DNA of 20,000 nt from an uncultured virus (IMG/VR IMGVR_UViG_3300032285_000379) (IMGVR_UViG_3300032285_000379), one strand, 5' to 3'. Counted from the first letter of the stretch, positions 8,353 through 18,003 are shown. The notes: generated from the sequence alone by a model not told the origin. Translations and numbers: made by a program.

Positions 8353-11300
8353 ATGACCATTCAAGCCCAATTAGCAGATGGTCGTGTTCTTGAATTTCCC
8401 GACGGCACTGATCCGTCAGTTGTTCAGGCTACCGTCAAAAAGGTCATTGCTAACCCAATGGCGGCTCAGTCAACCGCATCTTTGGAATCAGCTAAAGCCG
8501 CACCATTTTCCTTTGGAGATATAGCCAAATCATTTGGCGCTGGCGTAGTTGGCGGGGCGAAGAGTCTGGTTGACGTGGTTGGCGCTGGTTCTGGTGTTTC
8601 CCAAGGATTGGGCGAAGCCCAAGATTACCTACAGAGAAGTCTTTCTCCTGAGCGTCAAGCTGAGATAGCTAGAGATCAGGAACTAATGAACCGTGCGCAG
8701 GATAAAGGTATTGGCTCTGAAATCATGGCTGGCCTCAAGACTGTTGCCCATGCTCCGTTCCAAAGCATTGCGCAGGGCGTAGGATCGTCCTTGCCTGCGA
8801 TTGTGGGTGGACTTGTCACTTTGCCGGAATCGGCCCCTGCTGCGCTTGCATTGGGTGTCCAAAGGGCATCTAGCTTATTGATCGCCGCAGCCCAAGGTGT
8901 TGGTGAGACAAAAGGAAACATCCATGATGAGGTTAAGAAAGCCTACATGGATCAAGGTGTGCCGGAAGCTGAAGCCGCCAAGCTTGCCGTCAAGGCTCAG
9001 GAATACACCCTTGAAAAAGCCCCAATGCTTATCGGTAGTGCCGCCTTTGGTGCTTTGGATGCACTGACCGGCTTTGAGAAATCTACATCCCGGGCATTAA
9101 AAGATGCGTTTAAAGGCGAAGAGCGTAAGCTTGAAGGTAAAGGTTTAAAAGCTGCAATAGCCGCATTGCCAGAAAAGGCTCCAGAACTACCTACGCTTGC
9201 CAAGTCTGCATTACATACAGCGGGTGAAGAGGGTCTTACAGAAGCGTTGCAGGGCGGATATGGACAGGCCGCACAGAACATCGGCATGTCTCAGGCTGGG
9301 TTTGAAACTCCAACGATGCAGGGTGTTGGTGGTGCAGCCGCACATGATGCGCTGATTGGGGCCTTGACCGGCGGAGCAATGTCCCCCTTGCATTTCCAAG
9401 GAGCCAAAGCTGATTACGCCGCAGATCAGTTTCTGCGGGAAGTTAAAGGACAACAAGAGCAGGAAAAAGCAAAAGCTGATGCCCTCAAAGAACAACAGGA
9501 AACGCGGGCCAAGACCGAGCAGGGTTTAAACGTACCCAAGATGCTGGCCCTACCAGCCCCTGCCAAGGCCGCAGAAGAAGAGAAAGACCCGCTTCAAAAT
9601 CCTGTTGGTCGTGTGACTGAGGATGAGTTGGGTAAAGCGATTGGCAACAACACGGTTGTCAATTACTTAAACAAGTACCGCAAGGACAACAATCTCCCTA
9701 AGTTGAAGTCATACAGCATCGAAGACATCAAAGATGCCATGACCGCTCAGAACCCAGAGGGTGAAGAAGGTGCTTTAAACGCCATTCTGGCGTACAAGAC
9801 CAATTACCAGAACGAAACCTACACGCCCGAAGATATTCAGAACCGCGCTGTAGCCAAGAATGTTGCCACGGAAACCAAGGGCTTCTCTGATTTCTTGACC
9901 CGGGCCACTGGCAAGTCTGATTTAAACACCATGACGCAGCCGGAATTGCATTCCGTCGCTACGGCTTTGGATGCTTTGCCCCGTACAGGCAAAGAGCAAC
10001 AGCTTGTCTTGCCTGAAGGCTCTAACGCCACAAGGTTTACACAAGACCAATACAACCAAGGCGTAACCCAAGCTTTGATGAATGTCAAAGAAGGCAAGCC
10101 TGTAACTTTGGATCAAGCCAGAGAAGCAATCAAAGCCCAGACAGATCTCAAGACCGATAGAGATGCTGATCATCTTTTGAAGACCGCAGCTTCAAATGAA
10201 GATTTGATTGTTGAAAAAGGAACAGGCTTTCAAGCTGTCAGCCCCGGAGGCACAGTCCTTGGCACATACGGAACAGAAGCAGAGGCCAAGCGTAAACATC
10301 GTCGTGCAGACATTCTGCCTGTTGAGACTCAGTTGGTACGTGCGCCAGAGGAAGTTAATCAAGAGAAGGTTGCTCAACTGCCAGAAGGCTATGAGATCAA
10401 CAAGAAAACCGTGGCTGGAGAAGCTGGCCCGGCGGCATATGTTGTTCGTGAAGATGGCTCACAAACAAACGCATCGCAGACATTTGCAGATGAGGCTGAT
10501 GCCAAAGATCGTTTAAACATTCTGGCCCGCAAACGAGAAGCCAATGCCGTTGCCGAGGAAGCTGCTGCCGACCGCATTCGTCAAGATCTTAAGAAGAGAC
10601 AATCCAAAATTGCCCAAATGGAAGCTGATGGGCAGACTGACACTGCTGAACACAAGAACGCAGTTGCCGCATTTCAAGCCGCCAATGTGGCTGGCAGTGC
10701 CAAAATCACTGAACATTTGGATAAGGCTGAGGCTTTCCGCAAGCCGCTGAAAATTGTTCCGCTTGGCAAAAAGACAGCCAAGGTAGAGAAACATACGGTC
10801 ATCAAAAAAGGTAAAGAGGTTGCCAGCTTCCCTGACAGAGTTAAGGCTGAGCAACATATTCTTGCCAGCGCCAGCGAAGCAGAGCTTCAAGCTATTGCCG
10901 ACCGTGGCGGTATCTTTGGTAAACGTGCGCAGACTGAACTGCAAGATCGTCAACGCACTGAGCCGGGCATCAAGGTCAAGGGAACCGCTGAAGGTTTAGA
11001 GAAAGCCGGTGTTCGCACGCCGGAGGTGGAAGCCAAGCTTAAAGAGCTGGAAGCCAAGCTCAAGCCAATGTTGGACAAGTTTGGTCTGGGCGAAGTTGGT
11101 TTAAACGTTGTGCGGGCCATAGAGAATGACGCAGAAGGCGCTTGGGGTGGCTTAAACAACCTGATCCGTATTGCCTTTAACGCAGACAATCCTATCCGCA
11201 CTATGCGCCATGAGGCGCTACACGCACTAAAAGATCTTGGGTTCTTCACTCCCCAGCAGTGGGAAGCTCTGAAGCGTGAAGCCAAGAAGACTTGGGTAGA

Positions 11301-14300
11301 CAAATACCTTAAAGGTGTTCCATTCAATGACACCATGTCTAGGTTTGATGCCTATACAAATATGGGTTTGTCTGATGAGGCAATCCTTGAAGAAGCCATT
11401 GCTGATGCATTTGGAAGCTGGGAAGGCGGAGCTAAACCACCTCCCGGGATGATGGCTGCACTGTTTAAACGTTTGCAGCAGTTCTTTGCTGCACTGCGTC
11501 AAGCATTGACCGGCGCAGGCTTTGAATCTGCGGATGAGATTTTTGGCAAGATTGAACGTGGCGAACTGAAAGCTGGCAAGGAAGCCGCTGGTACTGAGGC
11601 CAAGCTATCGCTTGCAGAAAAAGAGAGTAAAGAAAAGATTGACCCTAATGATGTGTCAAGGGTTGTGATTGACGGGCCTTATGCCGATGCCGCAATTAGA
11701 ACAATGAACTCTCAAATCACGCAGACCTCTAAACCTTTGGAGGTTGATGATGTTGGCAGATTGTTTGACAAAGCGTTTATGGATCAGTTTAAACGCAAGG
11801 GCGACTGGAAAAGTCCGGCAGACTTCCAGAGAGCGGTAGCTCAAGCTGTTACAGAACTCAAGCATCAACTTCAACAAACCAAGTCCGGGCTGGACTGGTA
11901 CGAAGAAGACATTGCAGATGCGTTTAAACAAACACAGAAATACATACCAAGCCTGAAAAAACCTGAGAAGCGTGCGCTGTTCTCTGTAATTGCAGGAATT
12001 ATGTCTCCTAGCGTAAACGCTAGAGACAACTGGGTCATTGCCGCTCAGGCTTATCAGCACTACGAAAAGACAGGCATTCTGCCCGGATCTAACCCCGCGA
12101 CAGGTAGCTTATGGCAAGGTGGTTTGGAATCTGCAAATAAGAAGAAGCAACTGGACATGCTCAACGCCATGCTCCAACCAAAATCAAAAGGTGGCCTCGG
12201 AGAGAAAGCTACGGTTGAATGGTTGCAGGGCGACCACACTGTTGCGGAAATCACGAACTTCCGCAAAAAATATGGCGGCATGGGTAAGTCCAGTACCGGT
12301 GGTAAGGCATCAGATATTTTGCCGGGCTTTACTGCGTTTGGCCCAAAGGTTGGCCCATTTGTAATGAATATAAACGGCATACACGATGTAACCGTGGATG
12401 TCTGGATGACCAGAACTTTCAATAGATATTTTGGACAAATGATGGGGCCTGATGGTACGATGCTTCGATCACCAACAGAGCCGCAACGGGTTGCAATCAA
12501 GAAGCTTGCAATAGATGCTGCCGCTCAGCTTGGCATCAAGCCATATCAGGTACAGTCTACCCTTTGGTTTTTTGAGCAACAGCTTTTCAACAAACTTGGA
12601 ACAGGAGCGAAAAGTTATGGATTCAGCGACGGCGCAATCAAATTCATCGAGTCCCAAGGAGGAACTGCGCCAGCAAAAGGCGCTCCTGCAAATGTCGGCG
12701 CTAATGCGCCAGCGAACAAACCAGCCGGAAAGCAAGCTGTCGGAAATAGCGCACAAGCGGCTAGACCATCAACTGGGCAACAAGGAGTAAGCGGTGAACA
12801 AAAACTCAGCCTTGGAAGAAATGCAGACAGAGTTAGCTTTGTCGGCCCCGCATTCGACGAACGAAAGCTCAGAGGAGCCGGAGACAGAGGAAGAGGGTCT
12901 GAAGTACGGAACCTTGCGCCTCTTGAAGGCTCGCCATCAGTCAAGGGCTTTTCAGGCCCAGACCCGCGCCTTGTCTCAATCGCAGAACAATACGCAAAAG
13001 ACAACGGAATAGACTACAGAAGACAGAAAGAATATGTCCAAGTAGATGAAGACCGCGCTCGTCGTATTGCTGATGCGTACGACAAGATGGAACATGCTCC
13101 TCAAGACCCAGAGGTCAAAGAGGCTTATCAAAACCTAATCCGTCAGACCCGCGCACAGTATGATGCGCTGGTTAAGAACGGTTATAAATTCTGGTTTACA
13201 GACTACAACATTCCTGACAACGCAGAGTATCTGTCTTCTCCTTGGAATGCTATGCGCGACATTCGCGCAAACAAAACAATGGGTGTGTTCCCAACAAACG
13301 AAGGCTTTGGAACAACCGAGTTTGATCCTGCCGCAAATCCACTGTTGGAAGACACAGGCTTGGAATGGCCTGTCGGTAGCCCTAACAGCACAAAGAAAAG
13401 CCCTGTGCTTGCCAATGACCTGTTCCGTGCGGTGCATGATGCATTTGGTCATGGACTTGAAGGTGCGGGTTTCCGCGCCAGAGGTGAAGAGAACGCATGG
13501 CTTGCTCACAGCAAGCTGTTTACAGGTAGCGCACTTGCGGCAATCACATCTGAGACAAGAGGTCAGAACTCTTGGCTGAACTACGGCCCACAGGGTGAGA
13601 AGAACAGAACCGCCAAGATTGAAGACACCACATTTGCCGACCAGAAAACTGGGCTGATGCCAAGTTGGACATGGCAAGAGGGTCAAGATAAATACTCTCT
13701 GAAATTTGCTGAGCCAGCACTTAAACCAAAGCAAGGTGAAGGCATTGTGCTTGGCGAGAAACAACCTGACGCACAAACCTTTGTTGGCTTGCACTATGGT
13801 CAAAACAAAGTTGATGAGCTGTCAGGCTCTAAATATGGAACTGGCATCAAGGGTGCAGAGCGTCGCCGGTTGGCTGACACTGACGACCAGCGCATCAAGA
13901 AACGCATCTACTTCTACATCCCTAAAGAAGACGGCTCCATGCCACGCAACGAAGCTGGGCTGGGCGGACATGTTTACACGCAACAGTTTGACAACATTGC
14001 TGCTGGGCCAGTGGTTGATCGTTTGTTCAGTGAAGCTGGCGGAGATGCCAATCAGTTTGAATCCAATGTTGTAGACGCAGGTTACGACGGCTATGCCATG
14101 CCAAGCATGGGCATGATGGTTATTCTGAACCATGACACACCTGTTCAGTACCACGGCACGATGGGTGAGTTGGTTGAAAGCGACAAGAAGTTCAGCCTGC
14201 GTGCCGCACCAGATACGCCTGAATTTAAACGCTGGTTTGGCAACAGCGATGCTATTGACAAAGATGGCAAACCTTTAGTTGTTTACACTGCAACAAATAA

Positions 14301-17300
14301 AGATTTCACAGTCTTTGAACCCGGTCGCGGTGCATCAAAGGATGCAATTGCCGCATGGGTCACCAGCGACAAAGATTTTGTTAATAACTACGCCTCAGTA
14401 AGATATAGATATTGGAAAACAATGCATCGCCCTTGGGAAGAGGATCAAATGATCCCCAATGGCGTACATATTGTTCCGGCTTATGTCAATCCCAAAAACC
14501 CGCTCGACGTAACAAATTTAATCAGCGATTTGGCTGCGCCAATAAATGACTCTGAGGCAGAAAAGGTCGCAGACCAACTTCAAGTTTCTAAAGATGACCT
14601 TCTGGATGCAATACCAGAAAAAGATATTTACCCTAACGGGCGAGAGCGCGATCACACAAGAATAAGTTCTGACCTTGTCAGAACAAAATTTGCAGTGGAT
14701 GCTATGCGCAGACTTGGTTTTGATTCGGTAAAAGCGCGGGAGTCAGGAGCTTCTGTTTACGCTCTTTTTGATAGCAATCAAATTAAATCTGCTATTTCAA
14801 ATAAAGGGACATACAGCGGCCCCGACATTCGTTACAGCTTGCGCACATATTTCCCTACCGCAGAAGAAGCAGAGAAAGCTGCGTACCAGAAAGCTCCGCC
14901 CGCCACACCAGAATTTAAACGCTTCTTTGGGGCTAGCAAGGTCATGGAAGAAGGTCGCCCGCAGGTTATGTACCACGGTTCGCCTAATGAGTTTGATACA
15001 TTCCGTGACGGTATGCCAATCTTTGTCAGCCCAGACCCAGAATTTGCTGAACAGTTTGGTAGAGATAGGGCTAAAGATGACGGAAAAGATCCCAATGAAG
15101 CAAAGGTTTATCCATTGTGGGTACGGGCTGAGACACCGTTTGATTACGAAAACCCTGACCATGTAAAGAAAATTGCTGACGCAATTATTGCGGAGCATTA
15201 TTCAAAAACAGACGAATCAATTGTCCGTTTAAAACAATCAAGACCGACAGTTAAAAAGTTCCGTGAAGAGCTGGCTGATGGGTTGTGGTCTGTTATTGAA
15301 GATCCAATTGTTCAGACTAAATTAAAAGAGCTTGGCTTTGACTCATTCAATGTCAAAGAAGGTGGTAACAAGAACCTTGCCGTCTTCAACGCCAACCAAG
15401 TCAAATCTGTCACAGGAAACATTGGTGATTTTAGTGAGAACAAGAGCATTAAGTACAGCCTGCCAAACATTGGCGCTGCCGCTGATGCCCGTGTAAACGA
15501 AACAACGCAAACCCGGGAACACAAAGGATGGCTGGAACGTGTCACAGATTGGCTCAAGCCTGAGAACATGGCTGACCTGCGTGCCAGCTTTATCCACCGC
15601 TACAACCAGCTTGGCGTTTACGACAGACTGCTTGCAGAGAAGATGGGTGGCAAAGTCCTGCTGGCTGACATGAGCGCAGAAGCGGCGGCAAACATGTCTG
15701 ACCTGTCTGCTTCAGTGACTGCGTCTGTCTTTGGTATCGGCAACCGCAAAGGTGGTATCCCTGTTTACAAGAACGGCATGACGACCGTCGATACATCTGT
15801 GCGTGGCCCTCTGCAAATCCTTGCCCCACTGGCGCAGTTCAATGATCCCAAAGCCTATCAACACTACCAATACTGGGCAGGTGTCAAGCGCGGTATGCGC
15901 TACGAAGCTGACGGCAAAGAGAAGAACTTTGATAAGGGCGACATCGCCTTGGCAGAAAAGGTGCGTCAAGAGTACCTAGCCAAAGGTGTTGACTTCAACG
16001 CCATCCAAAAGGAAATGAATGTCTACAACGATGGTCTGGTGGACTACATGGTTCAGACCGGAGTCATCGCCCCTGAGCGTGGCGCAGAGTTCAAAAAGCA
16101 CATGGACTACATCCCGTTCTACCGCCAGATCAACGGCGAAGATACGGTCGGCCCAAAGATCTTCAACTCCATCTCAGGTGTTAAGCCACCCAAGAAACTT
16201 AAGGGAAGCGAAGCTCCTTTGACGGACTACTTGGAATCCATTGTTCAGAATACGCAGGCCGCAATCAACGCTGGTATGAAGAACATGGCGGCACAACGAG
16301 CGATCAATGTTGCTATACAGCTAGGCCCAAGGGCTGGCGCACAGCGTTTAAACGTTGTCAATAGCGCCCCGGACTGCGTTCAGGTGCTGGAAAACGGAAA
16401 GCAAGTCTCTTACCGGGTGGCTGATCAGTTGTTCATCAATGCGGTCAAAAGTTTAAACATGGCTGAGATGCCTTTCTTGGGTATTTTCTCTGCGCCGTCC
16501 AACCTGCTCCGCAACTTGGTTACCAAGGATCCGGGCTTTATGTTGGCTAACTTGGCAAGGGACTCATTGTCTGCTTGGGTGACCAGCGGGTCAAAGATGA
16601 CTCCTATCGCAGGGACAGTGTCGAAGTTTGTAGAGGCTCTGGGCGGTAAGTCTCCTGCCCTCCATGCTTTATTAAACGCAGGCATCTTGGGCGGCTATGA
16701 GTTCTCCTCTGGCGTAATTAAGAGTGGTGAAGTCCTAGAGAAGGACTTGAACAAGAAGTACGGCGCTAAGGGCGGCTTCAAGCCGCTGAAGACATTCACA
16801 GGAATCTGGGATGCCTTAGAGCATGGCACTGAAGCATCTGATGCGGCAACCCGCATGGCTGTCTATGAGCGTGTTCTGGCTGAGACAGGCAACGAAACAG
16901 AGGCTCTGTACCGTGCGCTTGAGGTGATGAACTTCAACCGCAAAGGAAGCTCACCTGTCGTGCGCATTCTGACCGCCGCCATTCCATTCCTCAACGCACG
17001 TATCCAAGGCTTGGATGTGTTCTACCGCACAGCGATGGGTACGAACGTATCCGCCAACGCTAAGGAAATGCAGAAGGCATTCTTTGTGCGTGGCGCTACG
17101 CTGATGGCTCTGTCTGCGGCTTACTTCCTTGCCGTCTCTGATGATGATGAATGGAAGAAACAAGAGCAGGAAACCAAGGACAACTACTGGATCGCTCCGG
17201 GAATAGGTAAATTCCCTACCCCGTTTGAGGTTGGCTTCTTGTTTAAGACAGTTCCTGAGCGCATCATGGCTTACACAATGAAGGATGACACCGGTCAGGA

Positions 17301-18003
17301 CTTTATGGCTTCCATGCAGCGTGGACTCTTAAACACATTTGCGTTTAACCCAATCCCTCAGATTGCCAAACCAATCATTGAGTACAACGCAAACTACAAC
17401 TTCTTTACCGGACGACCTATCGTCGGTCAGGGTATGGAAGGGCTGGAGCCTAAGTATCAGGTTGGCCCAAACACAACCAAGACCGCAGAAGCTCTGGGTA
17501 ACTTATTGGGTATGCCGCCTATCAAACTGGATCAGTTGATCAACAGCTACACCGGAACGATGGGCATGTATGCCATGTCGGTAATCGATGCGGTTCTGGA
17601 TACACAAGACAACAGCCCACATGCGTCTAAACGCTTTGAGCAACTGCCAATCATCAAGAGATTTGCGCTTGACCCAGAGGCCAGAGGAAACATCACTCAG
17701 TACTACGAACTGAAGAAAGCCGTAGATGCGGCAACTCAGACCGAGAACTACTTACTCAAAGCAGGTAAGCCAGATGAGTTCAGAGAGTTCATGGAGCAGA
17801 ACAAAGGGCTGTTGGCAATCAAGCCGTACGTTTCCAGTGTGGAAAGTACCATGAAACAAATGCGGGAGATGCGCAAGATGGTTCAAGGTGCAGAGATGTC
17901 TGCTGATGAGAAGCGTGATACCTTGACCGCCATCGGGCAGGCCGAGAATAATTTAAACGCCAACATCCAAACCATCAAGAAGATGATCAGCGAAGTCCAA
18001 TAA
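8353..18003 (+). CDS. Giant polyvalent virion-injected protein (3216 aa): membrane-like N-region, metallopeptidase, glycosylase-like, ART-like modules, LPD38-like C-terminus
   Basis: Uninterrupted 9.65-kb ORF with GAGGA RBS. HEALH at 11209-11223 with downstream EEAIA. GPKV..VDVWM. HDAFGH..GEENA. Two TPEFKRxFG..GFDS..QxKS repeats. C-terminal MNFNRKG..IPFLNARIQG..PTPFEVG..NFFTGRPIV. Last gene of the ejection block. Confidence 0.85.
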   Translation: MTIQAQLADGRVLEFPDGTDPSVVQATVKKVIANPMAAQSTASLESAKAAPFSFGDIAKSFGAGVVGGAKSLVDVVGAGSGVSQGLGEAQDYLQRSLSPERQAEIARDQELMNRAQDKGIGSEIMAGLKTVAHAPFQSIAQGVGSSLPAIVGGLVTLPESAPAALALGVQRASSLLIAAAQGVGETKGNIHDEVKKAYMDQGVPEAEAAKLAVKAQEYTLEKAPMLIGSAAFGALDALTGFEKSTSRALKDAFKGEERKLEGKGLKAAIAALPEKAPELPTLAKSALHTAGEEGLTEALQGGYGQAAQNIGMSQAGFETPTMQGVGGAAAHDALIGALTGGAMSPLHFQGAKADYAADQFLREVKGQQEQEKAKADALKEQQETRAKTEQGLNVPKMLALPAPAKAAEEEKDPLQNPVGRVTEDELGKAIGNNTVVNYLNKYRKDNNLPKLKSYSIEDIKDAMTAQNPEGEEGALNAILAYKTNYQNETYTPEDIQNRAVAKNVATETKGFSDFLTRATGKSDLNTMTQPELHSVATALDALPRTGKEQQLVLPEGSNATRFTQDQYNQGVTQALMNVKEGKPVTLDQAREAIKAQTDLKTDRDADHLLKTAASNEDLIVEKGTGFQAVSPGGTVLGTYGTEAEAKRKHRRADILPVETQLVRAPEEVNQEKVAQLPEGYEINKKTVAGEAGPAAYVVREDGSQTNASQTFADEADAKDRLNILARKREANAVAEEAAADRIRQDLKKRQSKIAQMEADGQTDTAEHKNAVAAFQAANVAGSAKITEHLDKAEAFRKPLKIVPLGKKTAKVEKHTVIKKGKEVASFPDRVKAEQHILASASEAELQAIADRGGIFGKRAQTELQDRQRTEPGIKVKGTAEGLEKAGVRTPEVEAKLKELEAKLKPMLDKFGLGEVGLNVVRAIENDAEGAWGGLNNLIRIAFNADNPIRTMRHEALHALKDLGFFTPQQWEALKREAKKTWVDKYLKGVPFNDTMSRFDAYTNMGLSDEAILEEAIADAFGSWEGGAKPPPGMMAALFKRLQQFFAALRQALTGAGFESADEIFGKIERGELKAGKEAAGTEAKLSLAEKESKEKIDPNDVSRVVIDGPYADAAIRTMNSQITQTSKPLEVDDVGRLFDKAFMDQFKRKGDWKSPADFQRAVAQAVTELKHQLQQTKSGLDWYEEDIADAFKQTQKYIPSLKKPEKRALFSVIAGIMSPSVNARDNWVIAAQAYQHYEKTGILPGSNPATGSLWQGGLESANKKKQLDMLNAMLQPKSKGGLGEKATVEWLQGDHTVAEITNFRKKYGGMGKSSTGGKASDILPGFTAFGPKVGPFVMNINGIHDVTVDVWMTRTFNRYFGQMMGPDGTMLRSPTEPQRVAIKKLAIDAAAQLGIKPYQVQSTLWFFEQQLFNKLGTGAKSYGFSDGAIKFIESQGGTAPAKGAPANVGANAPANKPAGKQAVGNSAQAARPSTGQQGVSGEQKLSLGRNADRVSFVGPAFDERKLRGAGDRGRGSEVRNLAPLEGSPSVKGFSGPDPRLVSIAEQYAKDNGIDYRRQKEYVQVDEDRARRIADAYDKMEHAPQDPEVKEAYQNLIRQTRAQYDALVKNGYKFWFTDYNIPDNAEYLSSPWNAMRDIRANKTMGVFPTNEGFGTTEFDPAANPLLEDTGLEWPVGSPNSTKKSPVLANDLFRAVHDAFGHGLEGAGFRARGEENAWLAHSKLFTGSALAAITSETRGQNSWLNYGPQGEKNRTAKIEDTTFADQKTGLMPSWTWQEGQDKYSLKFAEPALKPKQGEGIVLGEKQPDAQTFVGLHYGQNKVDELSGSKYGTGIKGAERRRLADTDDQRIKKRIYFYIPKEDGSMPRNEAGLGGHVYTQQFDNIAAGPVVDRLFSEAGGDANQFESNVVDAGYDGYAMPSMGMMVILNHDTPVQYHGTMGELVESDKKFSLRAAPDTPEFKRWFGNSDAIDKDGKPLVVYTATNKDFTVFEPGRGASKDAIAAWVTSDKDFVNNYASVRYRYWKTMHRPWEEDQMIPNGVHIVPAYVNPKNPLDVTNLISDLAAPINDSEAEKVADQLQVSKDDLLDAIPEKDIYPNGRERDHTRISSDLVRTKFAVDAMRRLGFDSVKARESGASVYALFDSNQIKSAISNKGTYSGPDIRYSLRTYFPTAEEAEKAAYQKAPPATPEFKRFFGASKVMEEGRPQVMYHGSPNEFDTFRDGMPIFVSPDPEFAEQFGRDRAKDDGKDPNEAKVYPLWVRAETPFDYENPDHVKKIADAIIAEHYSKTDESIVRLKQSRPTVKKFREELADGLWSVIEDPIVQTKLKELGFDSFNVKEGGNKNLAVFNANQVKSVTGNIGDFSENKSIKYSLPNIGAAADARVNETTQTREHKGWLERVTDWLKPENMADLRASFIHRYNQLGVYDRLLAEKMGGKVLLADMSAEAAANMSDLSASVTASVFGIGNRKGGIPVYKNGMTTVDTSVRGPLQILAPLAQFNDPKAYQHYQYWAGVKRGMRYEADGKEKNFDKGDIALAEKVRQEYLAKGVDFNAIQKEMNVYNDGLVDYMVQTGVIAPERGAEFKKHMDYIPFYRQINGEDTVGPKIFNSISGVKPPKKLKGSEAPLTDYLESIVQNTQAAINAGMKNMAAQRAINVAIQLGPRAGAQRLNVVNSAPDCVQVLENGKQVSYRVADQLFINAVKSLNMAEMPFLGIFSAPSNLLRNLVTKDPGFMLANLARDSLSAWVTSGSKMTPIAGTVSKFVEALGGKSPALHALLNAGILGGYEFSSGVIKSGEVLEKDLNKKYGAKGGFKPLKTFTGIWDALEHGTEASDAATRMAVYERVLAETGNETEALYRALEVMNFNRKGSSPVVRILTAAIPFLNARIQGLDVFYRTAMGTNVSANAKEMQKAFFVRGATLMALSAAYFLAVSDDDEWKKQEQETKDNYWIAPGIGKFPTPFEVGFLFKTVPERIMAYTMKDDTGQDFMASMQRGLLNTFAFNPIPQIAKPIIEYNANYNFFTGRPIVGQGMEGLEPKYQVGPNTTKTAEALGNLLGMPPIKLDQLINSYTGTMGMYAMSVIDAVLDTQDNSPHASKRFEQLPIIKRFALDPEARGNITQYYELKKAVDAATQTENYLLKAGKPDEFREFMEQNKGLLAIKPYVSSVESTMKQMREMRKMVQGAEMSADEKRDTLTAIGQAENNLNANIQTIKKMISEVQ
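11050..11570 (+). other. Zincin metallopeptidase domain (MPTase-PolyVal-like) within the giant protein; boundaries approximate
   Basis: AEGAW...IRIAF...TMRHEALHAL...EEAIADAF: HExxH plus a downstream Glu ligand. Confidence 0.75.
14200..15450 (+). repeat. Tandem pair of ART-PolyVal-like ADP-ribosyltransferase domains (14200-14829 and 14842-15450)
   Basis: Both copies have TPEFKR(W/F)FG, P-V-Y(TA/HG), a central Y/W-V..P, LGFDS and F..NQ(I/V)KS. The DNA GAATTTAAACGCT is shared at 14221 and 14911. Confidence 0.75.
16800..17700 (+). other. LPD38-like (large polyvalent protein associated) C-terminal region; boundaries approximate
   Basis: NFNRKG, IPFLNARIQG, DNYWI, PTPFEVGFLFK-PER and PIIEYNANYNFFTGRPIV are recalled as motifs of this family. 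Confidence 0.65.

Noticed and set aside
13135..13803. 222-aa antisense ORF, plus the many other 60-170 aa alternative-frame or antisense ORFs within 762-18003
   Set aside because: They are shadows of long, well-supported + strand genes, with no recognisable motifs or convincing RBS.
14149..14160. YHGT just before KFSL as an additional ART start
   Set aside because: It lies at the end of a module, about 10 residues before the delimiter, with no room for the rest of the fold. Probably coincidental.
14200..15450. Diversity-generating retroelement TR/VR pair for the duplicated segments
   Set aside because: DNA identity is limited to short patches, differences are not adenine-specific, and no reverse transcriptase is present.
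8353..18003. Virion RNA polymerase (N4-like) or intein explanation for the giant ORF
   Set aside because: No convincing polymerase catalytic motifs, intein splice-junction motifs or LAGLIDADG motifs were seen. The modules fit a polyvalent protein.
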